Shown here piece by piece: positions 37,046 through 49,366 of a stretch of DNA of 64,000 nucleotides. Numbering within the stretch: position 1 is the stretch's first letter; every line of letters begins with the position of its first letter. Source of the DNA: Mobula hypostoma (lineage: Eukaryota); the NCBI RefSeq assembly GCF_963921235.1, contig NC_086097.1, forward strand, positions 109,308,001 to 109,372,000. Direction: 5' to 3'. The position numbers were made by a program, and so were the translations under genes. The notes beneath the pieces were generated by a model. That model did not search any database. It was not told where the DNA came from and worked only from the letters and a program-made list of their open reading frames with translations.

Positions 37046-38182
37046 ATTCAGTAATTTATAGTTTAGTTTGCTCACTTTTGACATTCTTAGCTGTCAAATA
37101 TATTTCTCTTTTGTTAGTTGGACAAAGAAATGATGCAAGAAACCTTTTGAAGAGATGGGCCCAGCCTACCAGCGTCCTTTATCCTGTATTTCTTTATAGC
37201 TTCCTGTGGCAAGAAAACCTTGCCTTTAGGTTTCCTCTTTTGCTCTAGGGGATAATGGGAGCTCAAAGATTCAAAAAATTCGAGGTACATTTATTAGCAA
37301 GGTATATATGCTGTATACAACCCTGAGATTCATCTTTCCCACAGAGAAAACCATGGCACCTGTTCAAAGAAAAACATCAACATCACCCCACGTACAAAGC
37401 AAAAAAATCACGTTAAAAAAAAGAGCTAAAAATACAGAATATAACACACATGATTGAAAGAGTCCAGGTATTTTCAGTTCAGCTTAGTGTTTGTTATCTT
37501 CAGGCTGTCCCAATTCAGAACTGCCCAAAATAACAATTTTTTAAAAAAGCTGCGAGCAGAAACCAGAAACACATCATAAAGGGAACTACAGAATCCAATT
37601 CACAACCATCTGAGGTTACAAATCCCAAATTTAAGAAGAAAGGCTTGAAGGTTTTGGGGATCCTTTCAAACAGGACAGGGTATGGATTCCAAATGCTATA
37701 GAGCCATGCTTCACTTCTTCTTCATTTCACATGCATGAACATTTTTATGAAGCAGTTTTGCAAAAAAAAAGAGTGAGAACATCAGCAAATGAAAACCAAC
37801 ATCACTAGCTACCCATTCTGCATACTTCAGGTAAGCATTTTGAATATGGACAGCTGCAATGTTGTAATCGATAAGAAAAATCTAAACTCTAACCTATTTG
37901 AGACTCATAGTTGCGTAAAAAGTTATGAATGCTCAATTCAGGTCCAGACTATCACCTATTCACATAGTTCATCCTTCATTCTTAAATTTCATCAGATATA
38001 TTCCAGTAAAAAGGGAGGTTAAGGACATATTTAAGGCTAAAAACTAAAATCAAACTGAACCCTTGAGAATTATGATGAAGCTGGAAAAGAACTGAAGAGG
38101 AGAATTAGGAAAGCTAGGAGGGGCTATGAAAAGTCTCAGGTAAGTATTAGTATTGATATTCGCTTATTACTGTCAAATGTAT

Positions 38183-38532
38183 CATGAGAGGCATTGATTG
38201 TGTGGATAGTCAGAGGCTTTTTCCCAGGGCTGAAATGGCTACCAGAAAAGGGCACAGGTTTAAGGTGCTTGGGAGTAGGTACAGAAGAGATGTCAAGGGT
38301 AAGTTTTTTATGCAGAGAGTGGTGACTGCGTGGAATGGGTTGCTGGCAACGGTGGTGGAGGCGGATATGATAGGGTCTTTTAAGAGGCTCTTGGATAGGT
38401 ACATGAGCTTAGAAAAATAGAGGGCTATAGGTAAGCCTAGTAATTTCTAAGGTGGGGACATGATCGGCACAACTTTATGGACTGAAGGGCCTGAATTGTG
38501 TTGTAGGTTTTCTAAGTTTCTACGTTTCTACG
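38183..38532 (+). mobile_element. CR1 3' fragment
   Basis: MRGIDCVDSQRLFPRAE...FFMQRVV.AWN; TTTCTACG tail. Confidence 0.92.
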
Positions 38533-38539
38533 TAGTGAA

Positions 38540-39500
38540 AAGCTTGCTTTGCATACCATTCATGCAAATCAGTGCAAGATCATAATGAGGTAGATAGTGA
38601 GGTCGAGAGACCATTTTTTCGTAAAAGCAATCCGTTCAAGGGTCCGATAACAGTGGGATAGAAGATGCCCTTGAGCCTGCTGTTTTCAGACTTTTAAATC
38701 TTCTGCCCAATGGGAGGGGGGAAGACAGAACATTCGGGGTGGGTGGGGTCTTTGATGATGCTGGCTGCTTTACTGAGGCAGCGAGAAGAGTAGACAGACA
38801 GAGTCCATCGAGGGGAGGCTGGTTTCCATAATATGCTTAGCTATGATGATAACTCTCTGCTCTGGTCACATACGGAGCAGTTGCAATAGCAAGCTGTTAT
38901 GCCTCCAGATAGAACGTTTTCAATGATGCATTGATAGGTATTGGTCGGGAATAACAGGGACAGGCTAAATTTATTTAGCCTTCTGAGGAAGTAGAGCTGC
39001 TGTTGAGCTTCGTCGGCCATGAGATCAACATGGTTGGAATAGGACAGGCTATTCATGATGTTCACAACTAGGAACTTGAGGCTATCAATCCCTTTAGCTA
39101 ATCATCATTGATGTAGATGGGAGCATGTGCATTACCTCCCTTTATGAAGTCAATGATTAGCTCTTTTGATTTGTTGACAATTGAGGGGAAGGTTTTTGTT
39201 GTGACACCATGTCATTCTGTTGTCTATCCCCTTCCCATGCTTCAGCTTGTCGTTATTTGAATGACAGCACACTGAGGTGGCATTATCTGCAAACCTGTAG
39301 GTGGAATCAGAGCAGAATCTAGCGATGCAGTCATGAGTGTACAGGAAGTAGAGTAGGGGGATATGGACACAACCTTATAGAGGACCAGTCTTTAGAATTG
39401 TCTTGCTGAGGCCTCGCTGCCTATTCTTTCTGGCTGCAGTCTCTTGGTAAGAAGGCAAGGATCCAGTTGCAGAGGGAGACATCGACTCCCAGACTCTGAA
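38540..39500 (-). mobile_element. Degenerate Rex1/Babar-like LINE
   Basis: ORF AQQQLYFLRRLNKF...YQCIIENVLSGGITA; reverse complement GTTTGCAGATAATGCCAC (FADD-like). Confidence 0.75.
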
Positions 39501-39758
39501 GGTTGATTAAGGAGAATCACAAGGCATTATATACATCATCAAGAAGATAACTGGTGAGTGGGGAGGAGCCCTCAAGGATAAAGGAGCGAACATATGCTTG
39601 GAGGCAGAGGATATGGGTAAGGTTCTAAATGACTACTTTTCATCAGTACTTGCCAAGAGAAGGACATAAAGGATAGTGAAATCAGCGTGGAGCATTTGAA
39701 TACATTAGAGCATTTCAAGATAATGAAGGAGATAGTGCTGGCTCTCTTAAAGACATTA

Positions 39759-40945
39759 GAAACATAGAAAACGTACAGCACAATGGAGACCTTTCAGCCC
39801 ACAAAGCTGTGCCGAACAGGTCCCTACCTTAGAACTACCTAGGCTTTACCCATAGCCCTCTATTTTTCTAAGCTCCATGTACCTATCCAGGAATCTCTTA
39901 AAAGACCCGATCATTTCCACCTCCACCACTGCCGCCGGCAGCCTGTTCCACTCACTCACCACTCTATACATAAAAACTTACCCCTGACATCTCCTCTGCA
40001 CCTGCTTCCAAGCACCTTAAAACTATGCCCTCTCATGCTAGTCATTTCAGCCTCTGACTATCCATATGATCAATGCCTCTTATTACCTTGTACACCTCTA
40101 TTAGGTCACCTCTCATCCTCCATCACTCCAAGGAGAGAAGGCCGAGTTCACTCAAGCTATTCTCATAAGACATGCTCCCCAATCCAGGCAACATCCTTGT
40201 AAATCTCCTCTGCACCCTTTCTATGGTTTCCACGTCCTTCCTGTAGTGAGGCGACCAGAATTGAGCGCAGTACTCCAAGTGGGGTCTCACCAGGGTCCTA
40301 TATAGCTGTAACATTGCCGCTCGGCTCCTAAACTCAATCCCACGATTGATGAAGGCCAATGCACCGTATGCCTTCTTAACCACAGCATCAACCTGCGTAA
40401 CAGCTTTCAGTGTCCTATGGACTCTGAACCCAAGATCCCTCTGATCCTCCACATTGCCAAGAGTCTTACCATTAATACTATATTCTGCCATCATATTTGA
40501 CCTACCAAAATGAACCACCTCACACTTATCTTGGTTGAACTCCATCTGCCTCTTCTCTGCCCAGTTTTGCATCCCATCAATGTCCTGTTGTAACCTCTGA
40601 CAGCCCTCCACACTATCCACAACACCCCCAAGTTTACTAACCCATCCCTCCACTTCCTCACCCAGGTCATTTATAAAAATCACAAAGAGTAGGGGTCCCA
40701 GAACAGATCCCTGAGGCATACTACTGGTTATCGGCCTCCATGCAGAATATGATCTGTCTACAGCCACTCTTTTCCTTCTGTGGGCAAGCCAGTTCTGGAT
40801 CCACAAAGCAATGTCTCTTTGGATCCCATGCCTCCTTACTTTCTCAATAAGCCTTGCATGGGGTACCTTAACAAATACCTTGCTAAAATCCATATACACT
40901 ACATCTACAGCTCTACCTTCATCAATGTGATTAGTCACATCCTCA
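39759..40945 (-). mobile_element. CR1 RT-3' fragment, same subfamily as 1-2590
   Basis: ORF 40123-41004 (DEGRAVDVVYMDFSK...PQGSVLGPLLF...LVRPHLEYC) is highly similar to ORF 228-797. Confidence 0.95.
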
Positions 40946-41310
40946 TTAAGGTAGATAAATCCCCATGGCCTGATGGGATATACCCAGGTTATTGAAAGGG
41001 GCAAGAGATGAGATTGCTGGGACCTTAATCACGATCTAGTCACAGGTGTGGTCCTAGAAGATTGTTATGGGAAAGGACTTTTAGGGATAGGATTCATGAG
41101 CATTTGGGAAACCGTGGCTTAATAGTTTTCCAAATGCTCATAACTCCTATCCCTAATAGTCATCATGCCTTGTACGGGAACTAACCTGAATTACTTTTTT
41201 CAATGAGTTAACAAAAGTGAATGATGAGAGTAAAACTATGTATGTCATCTTCCTGGATTTCAATAAGGTAATTGACAAGGTCCCTCTAGGGAGGTTCGTC
41301 CAGAAGATTA

Positions 41311-41980
41311 AGAAGAGAAGATGGCGGCGTGATGCAGTTCGCAGCAGCCACTCCGGTGGTGATGTCTGTTATTTGTCAAGTAGGGTGCCGTGCACAATCC
41401 TGATTTGATGGAGACGGATGTGAGAGCACGGAGGAACAGCTGGTGAAACTCCTGAAGTGCCTGCTTCGCTGCTGCTGCTACTGTGTGGTCCAGAATCTCC
41501 GGAGGAGTAGGCCCCGAGTCCTCGGCTTTGCTTGTTGCTCGGCGGCCGGGGTGGGGTCGAAGCGCTCGGCAGAGGATGGTGCTCGGAGAGGCTCTGTCGG
41601 AGGCTCGAAATTTTTGGATGGACTCAGAGTCGGCTGCGGTTGGGTGCTTCCAATGGTGCTGCATCGGCAAGTTGGCGGCGCTTGGAGGTTCATGCCGGGA
41701 GAGTTCCTCCCTTGTGCCGCCTGCGTGAGACGATAAGTCTATCGGGACTTTGAGACTGTTTTTTACCGTGCCCATGGTCTGCTCTTTATCAAATTATGGT
41801 ATTGCTTTGCGCTGTTCCTAACTATATGTTATAATTATGTGGTTTTGTCAGTTTTAGTGTTGGTTTGTCCTGTGTTTTCTTGTGATGTCATTCTGGAGGA
41901 ACATTGTATCATTTTTTAATGCATGCATTTCTAAATGACAATAAACGAGGACTGTGTGTCCTCATAATCTAATGTAATCT
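41311..41980 (+). mobile_element. Non-autonomous retroposon, copy 1
   Basis: Starts AAGATGGCGGC, GC-rich body, ends TTTCTAAATGACAATAAA plus short tail; second copy at 52655-53318. Confidence 0.8.
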
Positions 41981-42109
41981 TATCCATGAAGGCTATTGAG
42001 ATTCAGAATTGACTTGCCTATAGAAGACAGAGGGTATGGACAATGGGATTTATTCTAGCTAGAGGTCTGTGATGGGGATCTATACTGGGACCACTGATGT
42101 TTGTGAGAG

Positions 42110-42113
<4 letters not shown>

Positions 42114-42158
<45 letters not shown>
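42114..42158. repeat. (AC)n microsatellite
   Basis: Direct reading. Confidence 0.99.
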
Positions 42159-42160
<2 letters not shown>

Positions 42161-42299
42161 TAAATAAATAAACTGGATGCAAACTTAGATTTAGTTTGGT
42201 GACATAGTAAGTTTGCACTCAATACAAAGATTGGTGGCATTGTGGATAGCATAGAGGACTGGAAAACTATACAGTGGGATATACTGCAGTTGTAGATAT

Positions 42300-43159
42300 T
42301 GTTACGTACCCCGTAACTGGGTTGCCAAACCAGCAGAAATGGATCACTCAGTTGGAGTCTGGATTACTAGAACTAAGAAAGTTTTATTAAAGAAACAAGC
42401 AACACAGTAATCGAAAGGATAATAAATGCAACAGTTCAGCAATGATAAACACACATGTGCACAGAATTAAGATAACAGCATCAATCAAGCTCTATCGTTG
42501 TCTAGGGGTAAATGACCAATTTCAAAGTGACACAAAAGTCCAGTTCGATTTAGTTCAGTTCACAGTAATCGTTGCCATGGCAATGGACAACGTGGGGGGA
42601 GGGAGAGAGAGGACGAGAACGACTGATCATTCAGAAACGGTTTCCACTCACAGACCGGCGATATTGCTCACAAGCAGCTTTCAGGCGGGTCCTTTGTGAT
42701 GTCACCTGAGGTCACCGACTGTGACTCCTCCTCCAGATGCGGTCGATCCTCTGCAGTGAACCCGGCACCCAAGCAAGGGGGGACACACACCGGGTTCCCG
42801 CTGATCGTACCTTTCCACCCTGTGCGTTTATGGTCCGATACTTCCCACCGACTCGTGAGAGGCGCACCGCTTCCAGGGTCTCGTTACCTCGGGTGTCGTG
42901 TGTGTCCTGCCTTAGCGAACCTGTCCCTTTTTATCCCCCTGCTAGGGTATCACCTGTCCATCACTTCAAACAGTTCAGGGTTCAAAAGGGGAGCCGCTCT
43001 AGACAGCTCTCTCTCCCGTCCCTTCATTACACATCTCCAGATGCTGCTTCATTGTTCCTTATCTCTCCTTCCCCTGAGGACAGGTGGCAGACCACTGCTG
43101 ATGCCACTGATGCTAACCCAGGCCAGCAAACATCTTAATTTATGTGTATTCTCCTCACA
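42300..43159 (-). mobile_element. Solo LTR (860 bp)
   Basis: TG...CA ends, 4-bp TSD ATAT (42296-42299, 43160-43163), minus-strand GGGATAAAAAGGG and AATAAA. Removing it restores the CR1 sequence. Confidence 0.88.
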
Positions 43160-43959
43160 ATATGGTCGGAGAAATGGCAGATGGAGTTTAATCCAGCTAA
43201 ATGTGAAGTGTTGCACTTTGGTAGATGAAGTGTAAACTGTACACTGTTAATGGCAAAACCCTAAACAGTGTGGTTGTGCTAAGTAGCCTTGGGGGTCCAA
43301 GTCCACAGTTGCCTGAAAGTGACCACACTGGTTGACAAGATAGTAAACAAGGCATATGGCATGCTTGCCTTCATTAGTTAAGGAATTGAATTCAAGAGTC
43401 TGGAAGTTTATAAAACTCCAGTTAAGTTGTCTCTGAAGTATTGCATTCAAGACGGGTTGGCCCATTATTGAAAGTATTGAACGCAGAAGAGGTTTTTCAG
43501 GATGCTGCTTTAATTAAGAGCATGTGGTATAAGGAGAGGTTGGACAAACTTGGGTTGTTTTCTCTGGAGTGGTGGAGGATGAGGACAGTCCTAATAGTTG
43601 TTTATAGTGCCATAAAGTAGGCAGTCATTGTGTTTTTCACAGTAATGCCACAGGCTGTGCATTTGAAGTAAAAGGAGATAAGTTCAAAGGAGATGTGTGG
43701 AACAAGTAATTTACTCAGAAAGTGATGGATGCCTAGAATGCAATTCCAGGGTAGTGGTGGAGGTAAATACAACAACAATGTTCAAAGGTTTCTCTAATAG
43801 GCACATGAGTGTGTAAGAAATAAAAGGAAAAGAACATGGCAGAGGCAGAGACAGAGGCATTAGTTTAGCTGGACAATTGATTAATAATTTAGTTAGCTCG
43901 ACACAGAATGTGTGCCAAAGACCTTGTTCCTGCACTGTACTATTCTATGTTCTGCTCCT

Positions 43960-44640
43960 GGAATCTCACACCCCTGGAGCTGTTATAAGTGTATTATTAA
44001 GACATTAGGTTAATTAACATTCTACACTGTTAATAAACCTCATCAGTTGATTTTCTGTGTTACCATTTCTCATACCTGAGATTTCTTTCCCTTAAACAAA
44101 TCAAACCCTGGAATTTGGCCACTGTTCACAAATGCATCCATCCTTTGGGATTTACCCATTATTCATCTCATTGTTACCCATTGTTCATAAACCGCAGGCA
44201 AGGATGCTGATCCATTTATACCTGGTATTTGCTCATCTAAATTAAACTTACTCCTGGGATTTGTACGCATCTGGGACTCATTTATTCATTGTAAATAAAA
44301 ATCACTTCTCTTTTGTTCATTTTCAATAAATCTTATTTTTGACATTTGTTCACATTTAATAAATGACACTCCTGGAACTGGTTCACTATTGATTAATCTC
44401 ACACATTTGTTCACTGATATTAAATCACAGACCTACTAATTAACCAATGTTAATGATCACTGCACCACACCAGTGCTTTGTTTGTTTTTGTGTATCTTAT
44501 CACCTGGGATAGGTCAAGAGTCAATAAATTCTACATTTGTAATTTATCCATTTTAACAAACTCCACATCTGTCATTATTCCACTGATAATAAATATTATA
44601 TCTGTGACTCATTCATTCTCAATATATTTCACATCTGAGA
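43960..44640. repeat. Diverged 33-bp tandem array, block 1
   Basis: Units start at 44325, 44358 and 44391 (33-bp spacing); approximate consensus AATAAATCTCACACCTGGGATTTGTTCACTGTT. Confidence 0.8.
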
Positions 44641-44644
44641 TGGT

Positions 44645-45222
44645 CCTGATTATAACAAAAACACTCAAAAACTTCTATACACGTACCCTGGAGAGCATTC
44701 TGACAGGCTGCATCACTTTCTAGTATGGTGGTGGGGAGGCTACTGCACAGGACCAAAAGAAGTTGCAGAGGGTCATAAATTTAGTCGTTCCATCTTGGAT
44801 ACTAGCCTACAAAGTACCCGGGACATCTTCAAGGAGCGGTGTCTCAGAAAGGCAGTGTCCATTATTAAGGACCTCCAGCACCCAGGGCATGCCCTTTTCT
44901 CACTGTTACCATCAGGTTGGAGATACAGAAGCCTGAAGGCACATACTCAGCGATTCAGGAACAGCTTCTTCCCCTCTGCCATCCGATTCCTAAATGGACA
45001 TTGAACCTGTGAACACTACCTCACGTTTTTATTATATATATATTCTGTTTTTGCATGATTTTTAATCTATTCAAAATTAAATTTAATAATTCAATAATAC
45101 AGTAACTGGTTTATTTATTTATTTGTTTATTTATCTTCTTCTATATTATGTATTGCCTTGAACTGCTGCTGCTAAGTTAACAAATTTCACGACAGATGCT
45201 GGTGATAATAAACCTGATTCTA
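44645..45222 (+). mobile_element. Rex1/Babar-like LINE 3' fragment
   Basis: [72 protein letters not shown] tail. Confidence 0.9.
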
Positions 45223-45225
45223 ATT

Positions 45226-45690
45226 GTCCACCCTCAGTAAATCTTACATCTGATCTGTTCATTATTTATATGTAAGACAAATAGACTTTAATAAACCAAA
45301 CCCATATAATCTGTTCTCAATTGATTCAATCTCATTCTTGGGATTTTGCTGTAGTTTTATAAAACTTACACCTATAGTTTCTTCATAGTTAACAAATCAA
45401 GTGTTTGCGATCGGTTTGCAATCAGCCTTACGAACTGATACAGCCAACAAATGTCCACTGTACCATGACAGGAATGAGAACACTTCTGGTAAATGTCACA
45501 GCTGAGATTTTCTCATGCTAATAAAGCTCATAAGTGGAATTTGTTCACTTTTAGTACATGTCTGGGATTTGTGCACTTTTAATAATTCATACACTTAATA
45601 TTTGTTTGCCTACCTGTTATCTGTCCACGAGGATTTGGCAATCATTAATAATTTACACAACTGGGAAATGTTTACAGCAGTGATCTATAG
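45226..45690. repeat. Diverged 33-bp tandem array, block 2
   Basis: For example AATAAAGCTCATAAGTGGAATTTGTTCACTTTT and AATAATTTACACAACTGGGAAATGTTTACAG. Confidence 0.75.
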
Positions 45691-46044
45691 TTCTCAAGTT
45701 ATATAGCATTGAACAAGTCTTGTGTCCATACATTAATGCCAGTCTCTTTGCCCATCCACACTAGTCCAATTTGCTAACATTGGGACAATGCTCACCTATC
45801 CTTTGCTTATTTAAGTGCTTAGATACCTCTTAAATATAGTAATTGTATCAAATTCTACTCCTCCTCCTCCAGATATTAATCGTGAAAAAAATTCTCCTCA
45901 AATTTCCAATCCACACAATACCCTGCTGAATTTTCTCTACAGTATAATCATATCCTTCTTATTGTATCTGAAACAAAACTACACACAATATCCTCATCTG
46001 GCCTAACCAATGTTTTGCTATCTAATTATCTATCTATCTAACAT

Positions 46045-46272
46045 GATATTAGGCCCTTCCAGCCCAGCGAGGCTGTGTCACCCAATTACACATGTGTCCA
46101 ATTGACTTACTGACTTGTACATCTTTGGAATGTGCAGGGAAACTAGAGGACCCAGTGAAAACCCATGCAGCCACAGGGAGAACATACAAACTCCTTACAT
46201 ACTGCGGCAGAATTGACCCAGGCTGCTGGTGCTATAATAGCATTATGCTAACTGTTGTGTTAGCATGCCGTC
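46045..46272 (-). mobile_element. V-SINE (HE1-like), degenerate
   Basis: Reverse complement has AAGGAGTTTGTATGTTCTCCCTGTGGCTGCATGGGTTTTC..TTCCAAAGATGTAC (V-domain). Confidence 0.75.
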
Positions 46273-46417
46273 CCAAATTGCAACGTAAGATCTTAACTGT
46301 TACATTCTATGTCCAGAACTATGACGGCAAGCATGCCACATGTTGTCTTTTTTAGGGACGACATGTGGCATGCTTGTGTTATCATTTTTACTTGTGTTAT
46401 CGTTTTTAGGGAACTAT

Positions 46418-46892
46418 ACTCACAACATGCTGGAGGAACTCAGCAGGTCGGGCAGCATGCATGGAAACGAACAGTCAACGTTTCGGGCTGGAACCCTTCG
46501 TCAGGACTGTAGGGGGAAGGGGCAGAGGCCCTATAAAGAAGGTGGGGGGAGGGTGGGAAGGAGAAGGCTGGTAGGTTCCAGGTGAAAAACCAGTAAGGGG
46601 AAAGATAAAGGAGTGAGGGAGGGGAAGCAGGGAAGTGATAGGCAGGAAAGGTGAAGAAGGAATAGGGGAAAACACAATGGATAGTAGAAGGAGGCGGAAC
46701 CATGAGGGAGGTGATAGGCAGCTGGGGAAGGGGCAGAGTGACATAGGGATAGAGGAAGGGAGGGGGAGGGAATTACCAGAAGTTGGAGAATTCTATGTTC
46801 ATACCAAGGGGCTGGAGACTACCTAGACGGTATATGAGGTGTTGCTCCTCCAACCTGAGTTTTGCCTCATCATGGCAGTAGAGGAGGCCATG
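46418..46892 (-). mobile_element. Penelope-like element 3' fragment
   Basis: GIY-YIG C-terminal remnant (KLRLEEQHLIYRLGSLQPLGMNIEFSNF on the minus strand), polypurine tract on plus, hammerhead motif. Confidence 0.88.
46471..46510 (-). ncRNA. Minimal type I hammerhead ribozyme motif with intact core
   Basis: ACAGUC-CUGACGA-A-GGGU(UCCA)GCCC-GAAA-CG-UU-GACUGU: perfect 6-bp stem I, stem II, conserved core, palindromic ACGU in place of stem III. Activity untested. Confidence 0.8.
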
Positions 46893-49366
46893 TTAGGGAA
46901 CTATAGACTTGAATCCTAGGACTCTCAATATTCCCCAGTGTTCTTAGTGTTCTAACTCTACATAACTTATTAAAATGTATCACCTCACACTTGTCAGTGT
47001 TAGGCCTACGTAGGCAGGCTCCTTCCAGTCTCTAACCAGCTAACAGGAGTCATCTGCTACTTGATTCCAACTCATCACCTGCAGCCTATTTAAACCCAAC
47101 TTGTTTCCACTGTTCTTGCTCCTTCATTTGAACCATGCAGCCTCAGCGAATTGTTCCTAGGCTTCAGTTATCTTGTTGCCTTGTCATGTTAAGCATCGTT
47201 TCTCTCTTGTTTTGTTGCCCCTTGTGTCTTGGTGTTTTGCAGTTTATTATTAAAGTTATCACTCACCGCTAAATCATCTCCACTGCTCTATGTTTAGGTC
47301 AAGCCTCCTCTTGACCATTCATGACAGAATGAGTGAGCCATCGATTCACCCAGCAGAGTATGCTTGCCTAAAATCAGTTATCCGTAAACATGAGCACATG
47401 ATCCAGAAGCAGCTTTTTAGTTGGGCAGTTTAACATGGGCAGTTTAACACGGGCAATTTAACACAGACATCTGCTCTCCACTCTCTTCCAACTCTCCATC
47501 TTGATACAGCAACTCCACGACAGTCAATCTCCTCCCTCTCTCCCCAGTTTCTGTGCCTGAATGTTTTGATGGGTCCACAACCTGATGTCACAACTTCCTG
47601 TCCCATTGCATCTTGCACTTTAGCTCCATCCATCTCTGCATTCTACAGACTGAGCCAAGATTGCCTTTGTCATCTCGCTCTTGACTGGGTGAGCTCTGAT
47701 CTGGGCCACCACGAACTGGGACAATTAAACTACCATTTCTAATAAATATGAGGAAATCACTGCTGCGATGTGCCAGGTTTTGAAACATCCAGGAAGTGGT
47801 AGCGAGAGGTGGGGCAGAGGATCGGATATTTCATCCACATCAAGTGCTGGATTACACCGTAGAATTCAGGATCTTCACTGTAGAGAGTGGCTGCATTACA
47901 TTAGTGCTACTGGCCCGTTACCATCACAGCCTCATGGCTTGACAAACCAGCTGTCTACCCAGGAGATGCCCACTGACCTTGAAAGCCTCATCACTCTGAC
48001 CCTTCGAATTGACAAGTGTCTGATGGAACGACCCTGCAGATCACCACCCAGAGCCTCAGTTCTGTTTCCAGAGCCATTTCAGGGTGCAGGACCTTCATCT
48101 TCATTGCCTGCCCTACAGCAGGAGTCTGCTCTGGCTGACACACTGGAGAACTGCATGTATGTATCACCCTGGCTATCCAGACAAATGACAGACTTTGTGT
48201 TTTCTGCGATGCCAGGTCTGGTCTGGTGGCCCACCGTGATCGCAGATGTATAGCAGTTTGCAGCTGCCTGCCCTCAATGGACACGGTCCAATTCTTCCAA
48301 CCATTGGCCCTCTGGGCTCCAGTACCTTGACACCCATGGTCCCATAACACCATGGATTTCATCATGGTTTGTCACTTTCTGATGGGGCCATGGTGAACAT
48401 GAGAGTTCTCCAAGCTGGCCCACTTCATTGCCCTTCCCAAACTTCTGTCAGCCACTGAGATGTTAGACCTGGTTCCCCAACATGTTCACCTGGTTCACCT
48501 CCATGGCTTCCACCAGGACATTGTGTCAGATCGAGGCTCACAATTCATCTCTCACTTCCAGCAAGCCTTCTGCTCCCTCCCCTGCACCTCAGTGAATTTG
48601 TCCTCTGGTTATCTTCTGCAGGCCAATGGTCAATCAGAAAGAGACAATCAGCAAGTGAAGAAGTTTCTGTGATACTTTGCTGCCTTGAACGCTTCCACAT
48701 GGAAGAAATATCAGCTCTGGGTCAAGCTGTCCCATGACTTACACACCACCCTTGTCACAGGTACTATACAGCACCCTTTGAAGTGCTTTATGGCTATCAA
48801 TTCCTGTTGTTCCTCATGGAGGAGCCAATGGTGGGGATCTCATCCACCAGGGTCCTGGTTTGCTGATGCCGGAATACTTGGAAGAGGGCTCGGGGGGCCT
48901 TCCTAACCTGTCAACTGTACCCACAGCTGCCAGCCTAACTATCGTTGGCACCCAGCCAGACTAATCTTGCCTAGGGACCATGCCCGGCTGACCATTTGGG
49001 ATCTGTCCAGTGCATTGACTCCCACAAGCTCTCACTCAGTTTATTGGTCCCCTTAAGATTACCCGTCGCATCAATCCAGTCACTTGCCAGCTCCAGCTGC
49101 CACAGTCCCTCAGGATCACACCTACCTTCCATGTGTCCTGCCTTGAGCTTGTTGTCCATGGACCCACCTGAGCCTGTACCTCTGGAACCTAGGATGGTGG
49201 AAGGTGACCATGTACAACGTTTGCTTGTGGATGGATTCACATCGTTGTGGATGGGATGTTCAGTACCTGGTCGCCATCCAGTTTTACTTTCGATCCATCA
49301 GTCTTCAAAGAGTCCCATTTGGATTGTTCAGAGCCTTCAGGAATTGGCCATGGGGGGGAGTGTGTT

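Larger units (their letters stand above)
39500..43955 (+). mobile_element. Old CR1 interrupted by three later elements and a microsatellite
   Basis: Collinear pieces 39500-39758, 40946-41310 (YVIFLDFNKVIDKVP), 41980-42299 and 43160-43955 (WQMEFN region to 3' tail). Confidence 0.8.

Noticed and set aside
41308..41775. Overlapping ORFs of 70-155 aa here and at 52787-53175
   Set aside because: Expected in GC-rich repeat DNA; indels between the two copies shift the frames and there are no known motifs.
47421..47463. 14-bp x3 repeat GGGCAGTTTAAC
   Set aside because: Small local tandem duplication within the Gypsy gag remnant.
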